A program made the position numbers and the translations under genes. From positions 248,001-312,000 of IMG/VR virus record IMGVR_UViG_3300044680_000280: a stretch of 64,000 nucleotides of DNA, one strand, 5' to 3'. A model generated the notes under the pieces. It had not been told where the DNA came from. It saw nothing but the letters and a program-made list of their open reading frames with translations, and made no database searches. This document shows, one piece after another, positions 54,599-63,289 of the stretch. The stretch's first letter is position 1; each line of letters begins with the position of its first letter.

Positions 54599-56001
54599 GT
54601 GGCCAAGTCACCGAAGCCGTTTACCAAACGCCAGAGCCGAACACACCTATCGTGCTCTACGAAGGTGACATGGAGCTCAAACAGGGAGACGGTGAAAGCG
54701 AGACACACATCTGGGGTAAAGGTAGGATCACTTACCACTGGCAACCCACACCGAGTATTGAGTGGGAGCTGCCTATGGAAAAGTATATAGGCCGTCCAAA
54801 GTTCGAGAACTGCACAATAACCATCCCCTCACGTTTCTGTGTATTTCCGGCTTACGTATCCCGAATTAGACCTGGTAAGGTTTCTGGCGATGCAATTGAA
54901 GCGGTACTATCCAACCATAATTGGTACTCACCCAAAGTTCAACAATTGCGGTTACATATACCCAATTTTCTCACCGATCGGTGGGGTTCTTGGATTGCTG
55001 CACCGAATGAACATTGCGAGTACGCTGGGCGAACTAAAGTTGAACTATCCGACTGGACACTGACTTTGGACTTGTTGGGGCATATTCCTCGGAATCGTAG
55101 AGATGGGGGACATATGGTCACCCATGTTATGGTCGTTGAGCGACCCGATAATTCGGAATTCGACCCGAACATGGCGAGGGAGCTTGTGGAGTCCCTGTAC
55201 AGTGTCTTCTCTTTCTGTACGGGGCAAGCTACGGGTGCAGTGCTTGTGACGGGGCACAACCTGATGGGTCAAGTTTGCTGGAAATGGTGGCGTACCCTTC
55301 ATATCGACGCCTACCAATCTCGTACCACATGGCTTCCGTCTGATTACAAGGGGGCGGGCACTCAACATCATCCTTCTTTCTCAAGACAAGATGCTTTTAA
55401 AGCGCTTTTACGCGGCTTCACGGAGGTAACCTCGATTTCTCCTATCGCCCGTCGTACCCTTTCTACCTGTGTGTATTGGTATTTGAAGGCACGAGATCAA
55501 TCTGTTGAGAGTGCCGTGATCTTCTCAGTTCTTATCCTGGAGACTCTGACATGGTTCGACAGCGTCATCACTCACGGTGAGGACCCCAACGCCTTTGAAG
55601 CTTCTCCAGCCAAGGTGTCTGCGTATTTGGAGACTCTTGAGATACCTCATGATGAGCTGTACGAAGGTCAGGGCGCTATCGAGCGTCTTATTGAGATGCG
55701 AGACACAATGACGCATCCGCCAAAAGGAGGGGATTTCAAAGAGTACCCTGACATAATGCGAGATCACGTCCTCGCCTTGTATCTGATGGAGAGGGCCTTT
55801 CTAAGAGTCTTGGGCTACAACGGGTACATGTTCGATCGCAGGACCGGCCGAGACGTTGTGGTGGGTGTCCTGCCAGAACCACCCACCGTTAGTGGAGAGG
55901 AACTAGAAGAGATAAGACAGAACAGGATGAGAGGACCTCAGCAGGTCGGGGAACACGAGTGGCATATAGGGGGCCCCATCGACCAGTCTCGTAAGCCCTG
56001 A
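54595..56001 (+). CDS. ApeA/YopA-like protein with putative C-terminal HEPN RNase
   Basis: Beta-rich N-terminus, helical C-terminus with R-x4-H motif RDTMTH; AT-richer DNA. Confidence 0.5.
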   Translation: MSGQVTEAVYQTPEPNTPIVLYEGDMELKQGDGESETHIWGKGRITYHWQPTPSIEWELPMEKYIGRPKFENCTITIPSRFCVFPAYVSRIRPGKVSGDAIEAVLSNHNWYSPKVQQLRLHIPNFLTDRWGSWIAAPNEHCEYAGRTKVELSDWTLTLDLLGHIPRNRRDGGHMVTHVMVVERPDNSEFDPNMARELVESLYSVFSFCTGQATGAVLVTGHNLMGQVCWKWWRTLHIDAYQSRTTWLPSDYKGAGTQHHPSFSRQDAFKALLRGFTEVTSISPIARRTLSTCVYWYLKARDQSVESAVIFSVLILETLTWFDSVITHGEDPNAFEASPAKVSAYLETLEIPHDELYEGQGAIERLIEMRDTMTHPPKGGDFKEYPDIMRDHVLALYLMERAFLRVLGYNGYMFDRRTGRDVVVGVLPEPPTVSGEELEEIRQNRMRGPQQVGEHEWHIGGPIDQSRKP

Positions 56002-56031
56002 CCATTTAAACCCTCGGTGTAATGCCTCTCC

Positions 56032-56493
56032 ATGGATCTCGACACTCTTCTAGCTCACCTTGAGAGCACGGCGGGCGTTAGCGGGACCAGCCTACACCCG
56101 GACGACTGGCAATGGTCCGAGTTGTTCAGGGATTACCTGGGGAAGCACTCACGGGTCTTTCGGGGATGTCCGTGCATCGGTACGGAGGCGACGACAGGAC
56201 AGTGTCACCGTAAGAGCGCCGAGTGGGCTCGAGAGCACGGCGGAACTTTTTGGTCCGGCTACGCCCTTTCCGAGGGGGAGTGGGTAACGCACTCGTGGGC
56301 GGTGCACCGAGGTTCTCTTGTGGTGGAATGCACTCCGATTGCACGGACGGTGTACGTTGGTGTGAGACGACTATTGACAAGGCGGGAGCTCATCGGGAGT
56401 CGTCTCAATGTCGGTCCCTCCGTGTTGGAGACGGTGGAAGAGCGACGCCTGCGGAAGCGGTTAGCTGAACCGTCCTTTACCTCATGTCCTTAG
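56032..56493 (+). CDS. hypothetical protein with possible Cys-His catalytic motif
   Basis: GQCHRKSA...GYALS.GEWVTHSW; GGTGTA 10 nt upstream. Confidence 0.6.
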   Translation: MDLDTLLAHLESTAGVSGTSLHPDDWQWSELFRDYLGKHSRVFRGCPCIGTEATTGQCHRKSAEWAREHGGTFWSGYALSEGEWVTHSWAVHRGSLVVECTPIARTVYVGVRRLLTRRELIGSRLNVGPSVLETVEERRLRKRLAEPSFTSCP

Positions 56494-56524
56494 GGCGTCT
56501 GACCCCTCGGGAAGCAACCGCGGT

Positions 56525-56740
56525 TTGGGGACAAACATAGTTGACCTTTGGCTTCCGACGGTTAGGATTTGCTATATGGGTCCGCGCGATCAGAACCGGC
56601 CGGATGGTTACCCCATCGACCAGAAGTTCGACGAGGCCGCGAGCCGCGTGCTCAAAGATCGGCGCCTCGATGAGGAGAAGGCCGACGACTTTCTCCGCGA
56701 GATGGAGAAGCGCCTGCGAGCCGCCCAGAAGAAGGGTTGA
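56525..56740 (+). CDS. small hypothetical protein
   Basis: ORF ends in the terminator hairpin; start uncertain. Confidence 0.45.
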   Translation: MGTNIVDLWLPTVRICYMGPRDQNRPDGYPIDQKFDEAASRVLKDRRLDEEKADDFLREMEKRLRAAQKKG

Positions 56741-56759
56741 GCTGCCCGGCTCAACCCTT
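56732..56759. terminator. perfect 11-bp hairpin between convergent genes
   Basis: AAGGGTTGAGC-N6-GCTCAACCCTT. Confidence 0.65.
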
Positions 56760-56805
56760 AGGGGTCCGGGCGACGTAGACGCCCGTGCATTCGGGGATCG
56801 ACCCT

Positions 56806-57078
56806 TCATGAGTCATGAGTGACCTCCTCAGTCAAAAGGTGTTCCCAATGGTTCATGCGGGGTTCTGTAGGTTGTGAGCTGGAGGGGGCATCAGGTACGT
56901 AAACATCGATCTGGCAGCGGCTAGAATCAGCCTCATCTTGAAGCAAGAGGACGACTCGTCCTTGTACTTCCCACTCCCACCCCGACCCGAATTCGGCGGA
57001 TGCCACCCCGCGGATCGTAACCCAGGAGCCGATGTTCGGGCGGACACCGTCAGGGATGGGCATCGTGAATCTAGGCAT
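56806..57078 (-). CDS. small beta-rich protein with WEHLL tag
   Basis: GGTGTA 12 nt before ATG 57078; ends PRMNHWEHLLTEEVTHDS. Confidence 0.7.
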   Translation of the reverse strand: MPRFTMPIPDGVRPNIGSWVTIRGVASAEFGSGWEWEVQGRVVLLLQDEADSSRCQIDVYVPDAPSSSQPTEPRMNHWEHLLTEEVTHDS

Positions 57079-57142
57079 CGTTCTTACCCCTACACCGGGT
57101 CCTTGGAGGGCGGTTATGACGGAACTGACTTGACCCATCGGC

Positions 57143-57313
57143 TCAGTTGGGTCGGAAGGCCCTCTTGACCATGGGGATCTCTAGCAGTCCTTCGGCCTCG
57201 TAGTTGGGTCCTTGGAGGGCGGGCCCTTTACATGCGGGCTGGCAGATCGGGTTCTTCTGTCGGGCCGGGAGTGTTCGTCTACAGAAGAGGCATCGAGGGG
57301 TGCGAGAACGCAT
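57143..57313 (-). CDS. small zinc-finger protein (not in ORF track)
   Basis: MRSRTPRCLFCRR...ICQPAC; GGTGTA at 57330-57335. Confidence 0.5.
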   Translation of the reverse strand: MRSRTPRCLFCRRTLPARQKNPICQPACKGPALQGPNYEAEGLLEIPMVKRAFRPN

Positions 57314-57339
57314 GCGGGGTAGGCATTACTACACCGTAG

Positions 57340-57576
57340 TTACAGCGCACGGATGTTGCCCACGGCGTTAATCATGACTCGAACTCCATTCACGGCGGGA
57401 GGGACCGCTGCTCGTACTTCATCGCTCATGACGTCGACGTTGACTTTGACGCAGTAATTCCCCGACTCGCCCGCGATTCCGATGCCACGCAGCCAGTGAG
57501 GATGCCCAAGCTTCTCTTTCAGAGTCGCCTTGGCATGCTGTGCTTGCACCAGGGCGGTCTCGTCTCGACTGTTCAT
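57340..57576 (-). CDS. small alpha/beta protein (homolog of 53765-54001)
   Basis: RGIGI...VKVNV...VPPAVNGVRVMINAVGNIRAL. Confidence 0.7.
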   Translation of the reverse strand: MNSRDETALVQAQHAKATLKEKLGHPHWLRGIGIAGESGNYCVKVNVDVMSDEVRAAVPPAVNGVRVMINAVGNIRAL

Positions 57577-57653
57577 CCCGGACGCAGCACATAAGTAAAT
57601 CCAGGTTTGAACTTCGCCCCTCCTTGGGCGGTACTTTCCGTTGAAAGGCGGGT

Positions 57654-58055
57654 ATGAGGATGCACCGTGTTGTTTTCATCGAGAAGAGCGGCAAGTCGGG
57701 CTCGGCGTCGTTTCCCACCCTCCACATTGCGACGATGTACGCGAGGACTGTCAAGAGCGGCAAAGTCGTGGAGGGCGGGACGGACGAGCTCACGTCGGTC
57801 GCAGTGGTCAAGTGCGAGGCTCCCGAGATCGTGAATGCGAAGAGGCAGATCCTGAACGAGTCCATTCTCAGGGAGCATGCGGCGGAAGCCTACATGGAGG
57901 CGGGAACGGAAACGCGCCTCCTGGGCGGGTCGACGTCGGAAGCCTTGGACAATGCCAGCTCGGCTCGAGCCCAGGTCATGCGTAACCTGTGCGCATGCGG
58001 CAAGTCCTGCCCGATCGGCATGAGCGTTTGCTACTCGTGCCGTCGGTATCGGTAG
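57654..58055 (+). CDS. hypothetical protein with C-terminal zinc finger
   Basis: TTGAAC-N17-GGTACT at 57607-57635; CACG...CYSC. Confidence 0.65.
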   Translation: MRMHRVVFIEKSGKSGSASFPTLHIATMYARTVKSGKVVEGGTDELTSVAVVKCEAPEIVNAKRQILNESILREHAAEAYMEAGTETRLLGGSTSEALDNASSARAQVMRNLCACGKSCPIGMSVCYSCRRYR

Positions 58056-58117
58056 CCGTTTGCAAAGTGACGGAACACGGGCTCGATCCAAGGTCGTGCC
58101 GGTGTAAGAGATTGAGG

Positions 58118-58555
58118 ATGAGAAAGTCGTATGAGCAACGGCGGGCGGCGAGAGCGGACAGATTCGTCGCGTCTCTTACGGACGAGAGCGAGTTTTTCGG
58201 CCTAATCGGCGCGGGTTGTCCCGACTCCTTCTACCGGATCTACGTTCGACTCACGAAGGAGTCTCGAACGTGGTGGCGCTTCGAGGTTGGAGCGGGTCCG
58301 TCGAGCATCAATCCGATCAAGCGTCAGGGCAACATGAACGTAGCGGATCGGGCGGTAGCGATGTGGGGACCTATTCCGTTCCTCGCCGATTACACCTACG
58401 ATCCCGAAAAGCTTTCAATTGCCAAGTTCAACTCGAGGAGCCTAGTCATACAGCCGAGTTTGAACCCGATGTTGCGCCGACAGAAGAAAAACGTTCAATC
58501 TACGAACATATACTCGATCCAGGCCAGGGCCTCCTCAACGGTGGAACTGGCGTGA
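58118..58555 (+). CDS. hypothetical protein
   Basis: GGTGTA 11 nt before ATG 58118. Confidence 0.6.
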   Translation: MRKSYEQRRAARADRFVASLTDESEFFGLIGAGCPDSFYRIYVRLTKESRTWWRFEVGAGPSSINPIKRQGNMNVADRAVAMWGPIPFLADYTYDPEKLSIAKFNSRSLVIQPSLNPMLRRQKKNVQSTNIYSIQARASSTVELA

Positions 58556-58938
58556 TTTGCCAGCTCCGCGGCACGGATGGTTCGTTGGACGAGCTCTTCC
58601 AGGAGAAACTCAGAGTCATCGACATCCGACGTGCCGATGACGACGTCAACGACATAAACCCCTTCCGAGACGGTTAGACGGTCCCATCGTCCGAAGTGGT
58701 TGCCGGGTATTGAGGGGATGACGACGCACGATGAGCCATCCTCGGATACCCGTAGACCGACATCTCGGCTATAGTTGAAGTCTCCATTGTGATCCACTTG
58801 GAGGTTTCGTAGCCGTAGAGGCGGAAGCACAACGTTACCCTCCATCTCCATCCCACGGGGAAGCGGTCCAGCATTACGAAGAGCCGCTTCGCGCTCTTCT
58901 ACAGCTCTGGCGTAAGAAACTTGGAGGGAGTCGGGCAT
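58495..58938 (-). CDS. hypothetical protein
   Basis: GGTGTA at 58956-58961. Confidence 0.6.
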   Translation of the reverse strand: MPDSLQVSYARAVEEREAALRNAGPLPRGMEMEGNVVLPPLRLRNLQVDHNGDFNYSRDVGLRVSEDGSSCVVIPSIPGNHFGRWDRLTVSEGVYVVDVVIGTSDVDDSEFLLEELVQRTIRAAELANHASSTVEEALAWIEYMFVD

Positions 58939-58965
58939 GGGGTTGTTACCTTTCTTACACCGGCC

Positions 58966-59601
58966 TCACGTGAGCTCCTCGTCGGGCGCCATCATGTGGT
59001 CATAGACCGTAGTTCTGTTTTTCCTCTCTCGCTTCTTCCGTTGGTGGGGGAACGCAAGGGGCCAAGCCCCGTTGAGGTCGTACCGTACGAAGGGTTCGTT
59101 GTACGAGGGCATGAGCGGGTGTCTCGGTTGGCCGTCTAGGAGAAGGTCTCCGATATGTCCCACTTCGACTTCGATGGAGAGCTCGTGTGCTCGAAGCATG
59201 AGCTGGAACTCTTGTACTCGTCGATCGACGTGGGCGCGGCATTTGGCGGAGCCCCAGCCGAGGACGACGCGGCACACGTTTTTGTTGTAGAGAGCCGCCG
59301 CGAGATAAGAGTTCGTTTTAGGTCCTACTGCGAACCCGTAGTCCAGTTCGGCAAGGGTGCTGGGGTTGCGGTTGCGATAGGCGAAGAGGTTTTGGATTTC
59401 GAACGAGCCGAAGCCCCATCGGGAGGCGAAGCCGAAGCATTTGCGGACCGTGGCATCGTCTTGGAGGACGTCCGCCGTGCTCGGGTTCAGGAGTACGAAG
59501 AGACACTTCAGAGTTGGACCCCATGTTCGGGTCAACGAGTAGCGGTATATACCGTCTTCCGATAGAACCGCGTCCCTTTGGCATCGAGCTAATGTGGGCA
59601 T
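58966..59601 (-). CDS. DUF1643 family protein with appended YDHMM tag
   Basis: YRYSLTRTW, FVLLNPSTAD...DDATVRKC, NLFAYR, HPL; ends RTTVYDHMMAPDEELT. Confidence 0.85.
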   Translation of the reverse strand: MPTLARCQRDAVLSEDGIYRYSLTRTWGPTLKCLFVLLNPSTADVLQDDATVRKCFGFASRWGFGSFEIQNLFAYRNRNPSTLAELDYGFAVGPKTNSYLAAALYNKNVCRVVLGWGSAKCRAHVDRRVQEFQLMLRAHELSIEVEVGHIGDLLLDGQPRHPLMPSYNEPFVRYDLNGAWPLAFPHQRKKRERKNRTTVYDHMMAPDEELT

Positions 59602-61394
59602 CAGTATCCGTGTATGGGGCAATACCTACCCGCGGTATCATCGTTGGCGATGATCATGCACCGACACTGTAGTTCGTACGCCTCTTTGGTCAGGTTGAAC
59701 TCTTCTAGTTGGCGCTTGGCCTCTTCGAGCTCGGCATTGCGGGGCGTGGGGCCCTTCATGTCCTTGATGAGGTCGTGAACCCCGGGTACATGATGCTCGA
59801 TGCAGTCACACAGGAAATCCTCGATATGTGCGCGATCTTCGTACGTTTCGACGGTGCCGTCGGTCTTGAACTCTTTGACGACCCCTCCGCCTACTTGAAG
59901 CGCGTGCCACGTTAGTTTCCCTTTGAGGGTCACGAGGACGCCGCCGTAACCCAAGGACGGTTCAATCACACATGATATGGGGCGCCTATCGAGTCTGACG
60001 GTGGCGTACCGTCTTCGTAGTTCGGACACTTCTGTCTCGCTGAGGGTAGCTTTCGGGTTCGGTGGGCCCGAGAATAGGAGCGGTTCTACCACGATGTTCA
60101 TGCCCGGGTTTCTCACCCAGGCGTCCATGACGGAGATGCAGTCGCGAATTTCACTGTCGCTCGATTCGGCGGGATTCGGCCGGTACGGTTGAAGCTTCTG
60201 GAAGCCGAGCACGGACAAATGGTCGTAGGGGAAACCAGGCGCAGCTTTTGACGTCTCCTCACGGGCTTTCGTCTGCTGGGCGTTCTTCTGTACCCATTCG
60301 TTCACGATCGTTTGGGCCAGTTCGGACGGGGGGGCATCTTTCTCCTCGGCCAGGTCGTGATCGGGGAAGGACGGAAGCTGGAACAAGCGTAGCTCGGCGA
60401 GGAGCTCATTGACGACCTTTACGCGGTTGTCCCTCTCGACCCCTAATTGCCGCTGGAATTCGTCCTTTTCCTTCAGCAGCGTATCTTTCTCCATTTTCAC
60501 CGTATCGAGGTCCTGGATGAGCGCTTCGTAGTCTTTGATCTCCAGTCGGCGGCTCGACGCAATCGGAGGAAGCTCGGCCTTTTGTCGGAACGTGTTGACG
60601 GCGTGTCGAAGCTCTTCCGTATCGGGCGTCTTGGCGGTGAGGAGACATTCGGCAATGGTCACGAAGCGGGCATACTCTATGGCCATGTTGAGGTGGTCGT
60701 TTTCGACTTGCCGTTTGCTTGCCACGAGCTCCGCGTTGTCTCGGTTGTCGTTGGACAGGCGCTGACGCGCCGTATCAAGCTCGCCTTTGAGTTCGTTTCG
60801 CTCGCGCTGCACCTCCGTCAGAGCTTCGCTCAACGACATGCTCGACGCACGAAGCTCTTCAACATGAAGCCGCAGTTTGTCTCGCTCGTCAGCCAACTGC
60901 ATGTTGTCTGCCAATGCACGCTGTAGCTCTGAGCGCGTCTCATATTGGGGGCTCGACGCAATCGGAGGAAGCCCGGCCTTCTGTCGGAACGTGTTGACGG
61001 CGAACCGAAAATCGATGTTCAGTCTCTCTTGATCTGTTCCCGTACTTGTCAGGAGACGTTCGGCAAGGTGTACGAAGTTTTCATACTCCTTGCCCTGTTC
61101 TGAGTAGAGACTCGAGAGTCTCTCGTTGCTGGCCGTGAGCTGGTCGACGCGGTGGGCCAGCTCGAGTCGTTCTCGTCTAAAGTAAGGTGACTCGTAGGTC
61201 TCCTTCATGGGCGATGTCGGTCCTTGCCCTAGGGCTCTATCGAAGTCTGCATTCCAGGCGTCACGGAAGCGCTGAAGCATTCCCAGGTCGAAACTATCCC
61301 ACGGCTCGTTGGTGATGTACCGGATGAGTTCTTTCCACGCCGGCGTCGTTGACGGTTGGGGTTTATCTGAGTTCATGTGCGCATTCCTTTTCAC
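59601..61394 (-). CDS. large coiled-coil protein with internal duplication
   Basis: AVNTFRQKA[GE]LPPIASS twice; heptad repeats. Confidence 0.8.
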   Translation of the reverse strand: MKRNAHMNSDKPQPSTTPAWKELIRYITNEPWDSFDLGMLQRFRDAWNADFDRALGQGPTSPMKETYESPYFRRERLELAHRVDQLTASNERLSSLYSEQGKEYENFVHLAERLLTSTGTDQERLNIDFRFAVNTFRQKAGLPPIASSPQYETRSELQRALADNMQLADERDKLRLHVEELRASSMSLSEALTEVQRERNELKGELDTARQRLSNDNRDNAELVASKRQVENDHLNMAIEYARFVTIAECLLTAKTPDTEELRHAVNTFRQKAELPPIASSRRLEIKDYEALIQDLDTVKMEKDTLLKEKDEFQRQLGVERDNRVKVVNELLAELRLFQLPSFPDHDLAEEKDAPPSELAQTIVNEWVQKNAQQTKAREETSKAAPGFPYDHLSVLGFQKLQPYRPNPAESSDSEIRDCISVMDAWVRNPGMNIVVEPLLFSGPPNPKATLSETEVSELRRRYATVRLDRRPISCVIEPSLGYGGVLVTLKGKLTWHALQVGGGVVKEFKTDGTVETYEDRAHIEDFLCDCIEHHVPGVHDLIKDMKGPTPRNAELEEAKRQLEEFNLTKEAYELQCRCMIIANDDTAGRYCPIHGY

Positions 61395-61419
61395 GGGACG
61401 TCGTTATCGGTCATGAAAC

Positions 61420-61740
61420 CTACAACACACGGTCGAACCAATGGGTTTCCGTTGGCGGGGGACACCATCTACACCGGCAGGCAGACCCTTCTTGTCCCGC
61501 CATGTGTGCGTTGTGGAGTTCGGTTTCAATTCGCTCCCGGGCTTGGTGGGAGAGCCCAAACATCTCCTGCAACTCTCGGGCGACCTCGTGATAGTCGGTC
61601 CTATTGCTCATCAGGTGCCTTTGGGTTGATGACGTGACCCCGACGACGGTCGGCTTCCACGGTCCGAAGTGGAACCACAACCATGCCCTGGCACGAAGTT
61701 TGAGCTGACCCCTTTCGAGCTGTTCTTCTTCGGTCGGCAT
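61420..61740 (-). CDS. hypothetical protein
   Basis: GGAG upstream; ends PPTETHWFDRVL. Confidence 0.55.
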   Translation of the reverse strand: MPTEEEQLERGQLKLRARAWLWFHFGPWKPTVVGVTSSTQRHLMSNRTDYHEVARELQEMFGLSHQARERIETELHNAHMAGQEGSACRCRWCPPPTETHWFDRVL

Positions 61741-61749
61741 GAGCTTATC

Positions 61750-61929
61750 CTACTCCTCGCTGGTGCCGTAGATCGATGGTCTGACGAACCATGTCCACGC
61801 TTTCGCGTGGAATTCTTCTGGGCTGAGGTTAGTCATCCCCTGTGTGATTCCGAGTCGCCAAGCGGCTTCTGATGGGCGCCTGGCGACTCGGGGGCTGTGC
61901 GGATCAAGGCCGTAGGACCTGGGGTCCAT
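61750..61929 (-). CDS. small hypothetical protein
   Basis: ATG overlaps upstream TGA. Confidence 0.5.
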   Translation of the reverse strand: MDPRSYGLDPHSPRVARRPSEAAWRLGITQGMTNLSPEEFHAKAWTWFVRPSIYGTSEE

Positions 61930-62189
61930 CACCGCTTTCTCCAATTCGGAGGGGGGTGATTCTGGGGAGCCGAAAAAACGCACTCCTGGAGCACCTTCTC
62001 TTCTTTGTCGTCACGCTTCCGCCTCTCGGCGAGCATCGTGTCGGCCATCTCGGCCGCATCGGCGGCAAGATCCTCCCTTTCATCTTCGCCTACCGGGGTC
62101 ATGGAGCTGCTCGAGAAGGCGCCCCTGATGACGGCGGCAGCGAAGCGATCCCAGGCCTTGCGCTCCTCTTTCGTTCGAATTCGATCCAT
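61929..62189 (-). CDS. small hypothetical phage protein
   Basis: WDRFAAAVI...AADAAEMADTMLAERRKR; GGTGTA 11 nt upstream. Confidence 0.7.
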   Translation of the reverse strand: MDRIRTKEERKAWDRFAAAVIRGAFSSSSMTPVGEDEREDLAADAAEMADTMLAERRKRDDKEEKVLQECVFSAPQNHPPPNWRKR

Positions 62190-62289
62190 GTTCCTCTACA
62201 TACACCGACGCGGAGCGGGAGCCGAGCCCGAAAGGGGCTGGATAGTTGACCGATTTGCATGGCTTCGAGCCGGTGTACTTATATTCTAC

Positions 62290-62511
62290 ATGAGCACAGA
62301 GGACATCGTAAGGCTTACGCTCTGCATCATCCTATTCACGTTAATATGTCTCGCCTTGTCGGGCGTCTTGGACGAAGGGTCCGACAAGTCGAAGTCCGTG
62401 GCGGAGAAGGGCGACGCTCTGTTCACTGAAGCCTGCGTTAACCAAGAGAACAGCGGGTCACCCCCTGAAAGCGGTGTATGGATAAAAAAGAACACCCATG
62501 CCCACCGTTGA
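62290..62511 (+). CDS. small membrane protein
   Basis: TM helix; GGTGTA 12 nt upstream. Confidence 0.55.
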   Translation: MSTEDIVRLTLCIILFTLICLALSGVLDEGSDKSKSVAEKGDALFTEACVNQENSGSPPESGVWIKKNTHAHR

Positions 62512-63289
62512 CGACGCTGCTTCGCCCCGACCTCAATTTGGCGTCATCTTTGACGTTGACGGGGTCCTTCTGGACTCCCTTCCCGCGCACCTGGACGTTT
62601 GTCGAAAAAGGGGTCTCGAGTATGGGCTCAACCTCTCGATCCCGGACCCCGCGGCTTTCCGTTCGATGGTCCGTCAGGGCGTGAAGATCAGCCCCATGGT
62701 CGACTTCTTCCGAGCGGTCGGCTTTCCGAGTGACCTAGCCGAACGTGCGGATTACGACTACCAACACAACTTCAGCCGTGAGTACACGTCTCCCCTCTTC
62801 CCCGGTGTTTCCGAGATGCTGGCACGGTTCAAGACGGCCAACTGGGAGATGGGAATCGTGACGTCGAATACACGGGGAAATATTCGAGAATCTCTTGGAA
62901 GTCTCAAGACGTACTTTCGGCACGAAAGCATATTCACCCGAGAGGACGGGATCTCCAAAGCGGTCGCCATCGAGTGCCTTACCGACCTGTTCTATCTCAA
63001 ACCCCACCAGGTCGTCTATATAGGAGACCAACCCGCCGATGCCAAGGCCGCTCTCGACGCGGGCGTCCGTTTCCTGGGCGTCACCTACGGTTGGGGTATC
63101 GAACGGGGAGACAACGGCATGGAGACGGTCGGTCACCCCAAGGAAATAGCCGATTATCTTCTCGCCGGTTTTACGGGCGGTACAACCCCGACGGAATCTT
63201 CGCCTTTGAGCGAGGATGCCCACATTTCATCAACACGTACATCGGCAAAACCTGCTCCTGCGACGACGCGCCAGTCCAGGAGGTCTTGA
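62498..63289 (+). CDS. HAD-superfamily phosphatase (Gph-like)
   Basis: IFDVDGVLLDS, LFPGV, IVTSN, YIGDQPAD..AA. Confidence 0.9.
   Translation: MPTVDDAASPRPQFGVIFDVDGVLLDSLPAHLDVCRKRGLEYGLNLSIPDPAAFRSMVRQGVKISPMVDFFRAVGFPSDLAERADYDYQHNFSREYTSPLFPGVSEMLARFKTANWEMGIVTSNTRGNIRESLGSLKTYFRHESIFTREDGISKAVAIECLTDLFYLKPHQVVYIGDQPADAKAALDAGVRFLGVTYGWGIERGDNGMETVGHPKEIADYLLAGFTGGTTPTESSPLSEDAHISSTRTSAKPAPATTRQSRRS

Noticed and set aside
57098-57223. 17-bp direct repeat GGGTCCTTGGAGGGCGG (2 copies)
   Set aside because: The repeat is real but has only two copies and no structure or context suggesting a function.
61750-62189. Programmed frameshift joining 61929-62189 and 61750-61983
   Set aside because: An ATG at 61929 overlapping the TGA explains two coupled genes; no slippery heptamer was seen.
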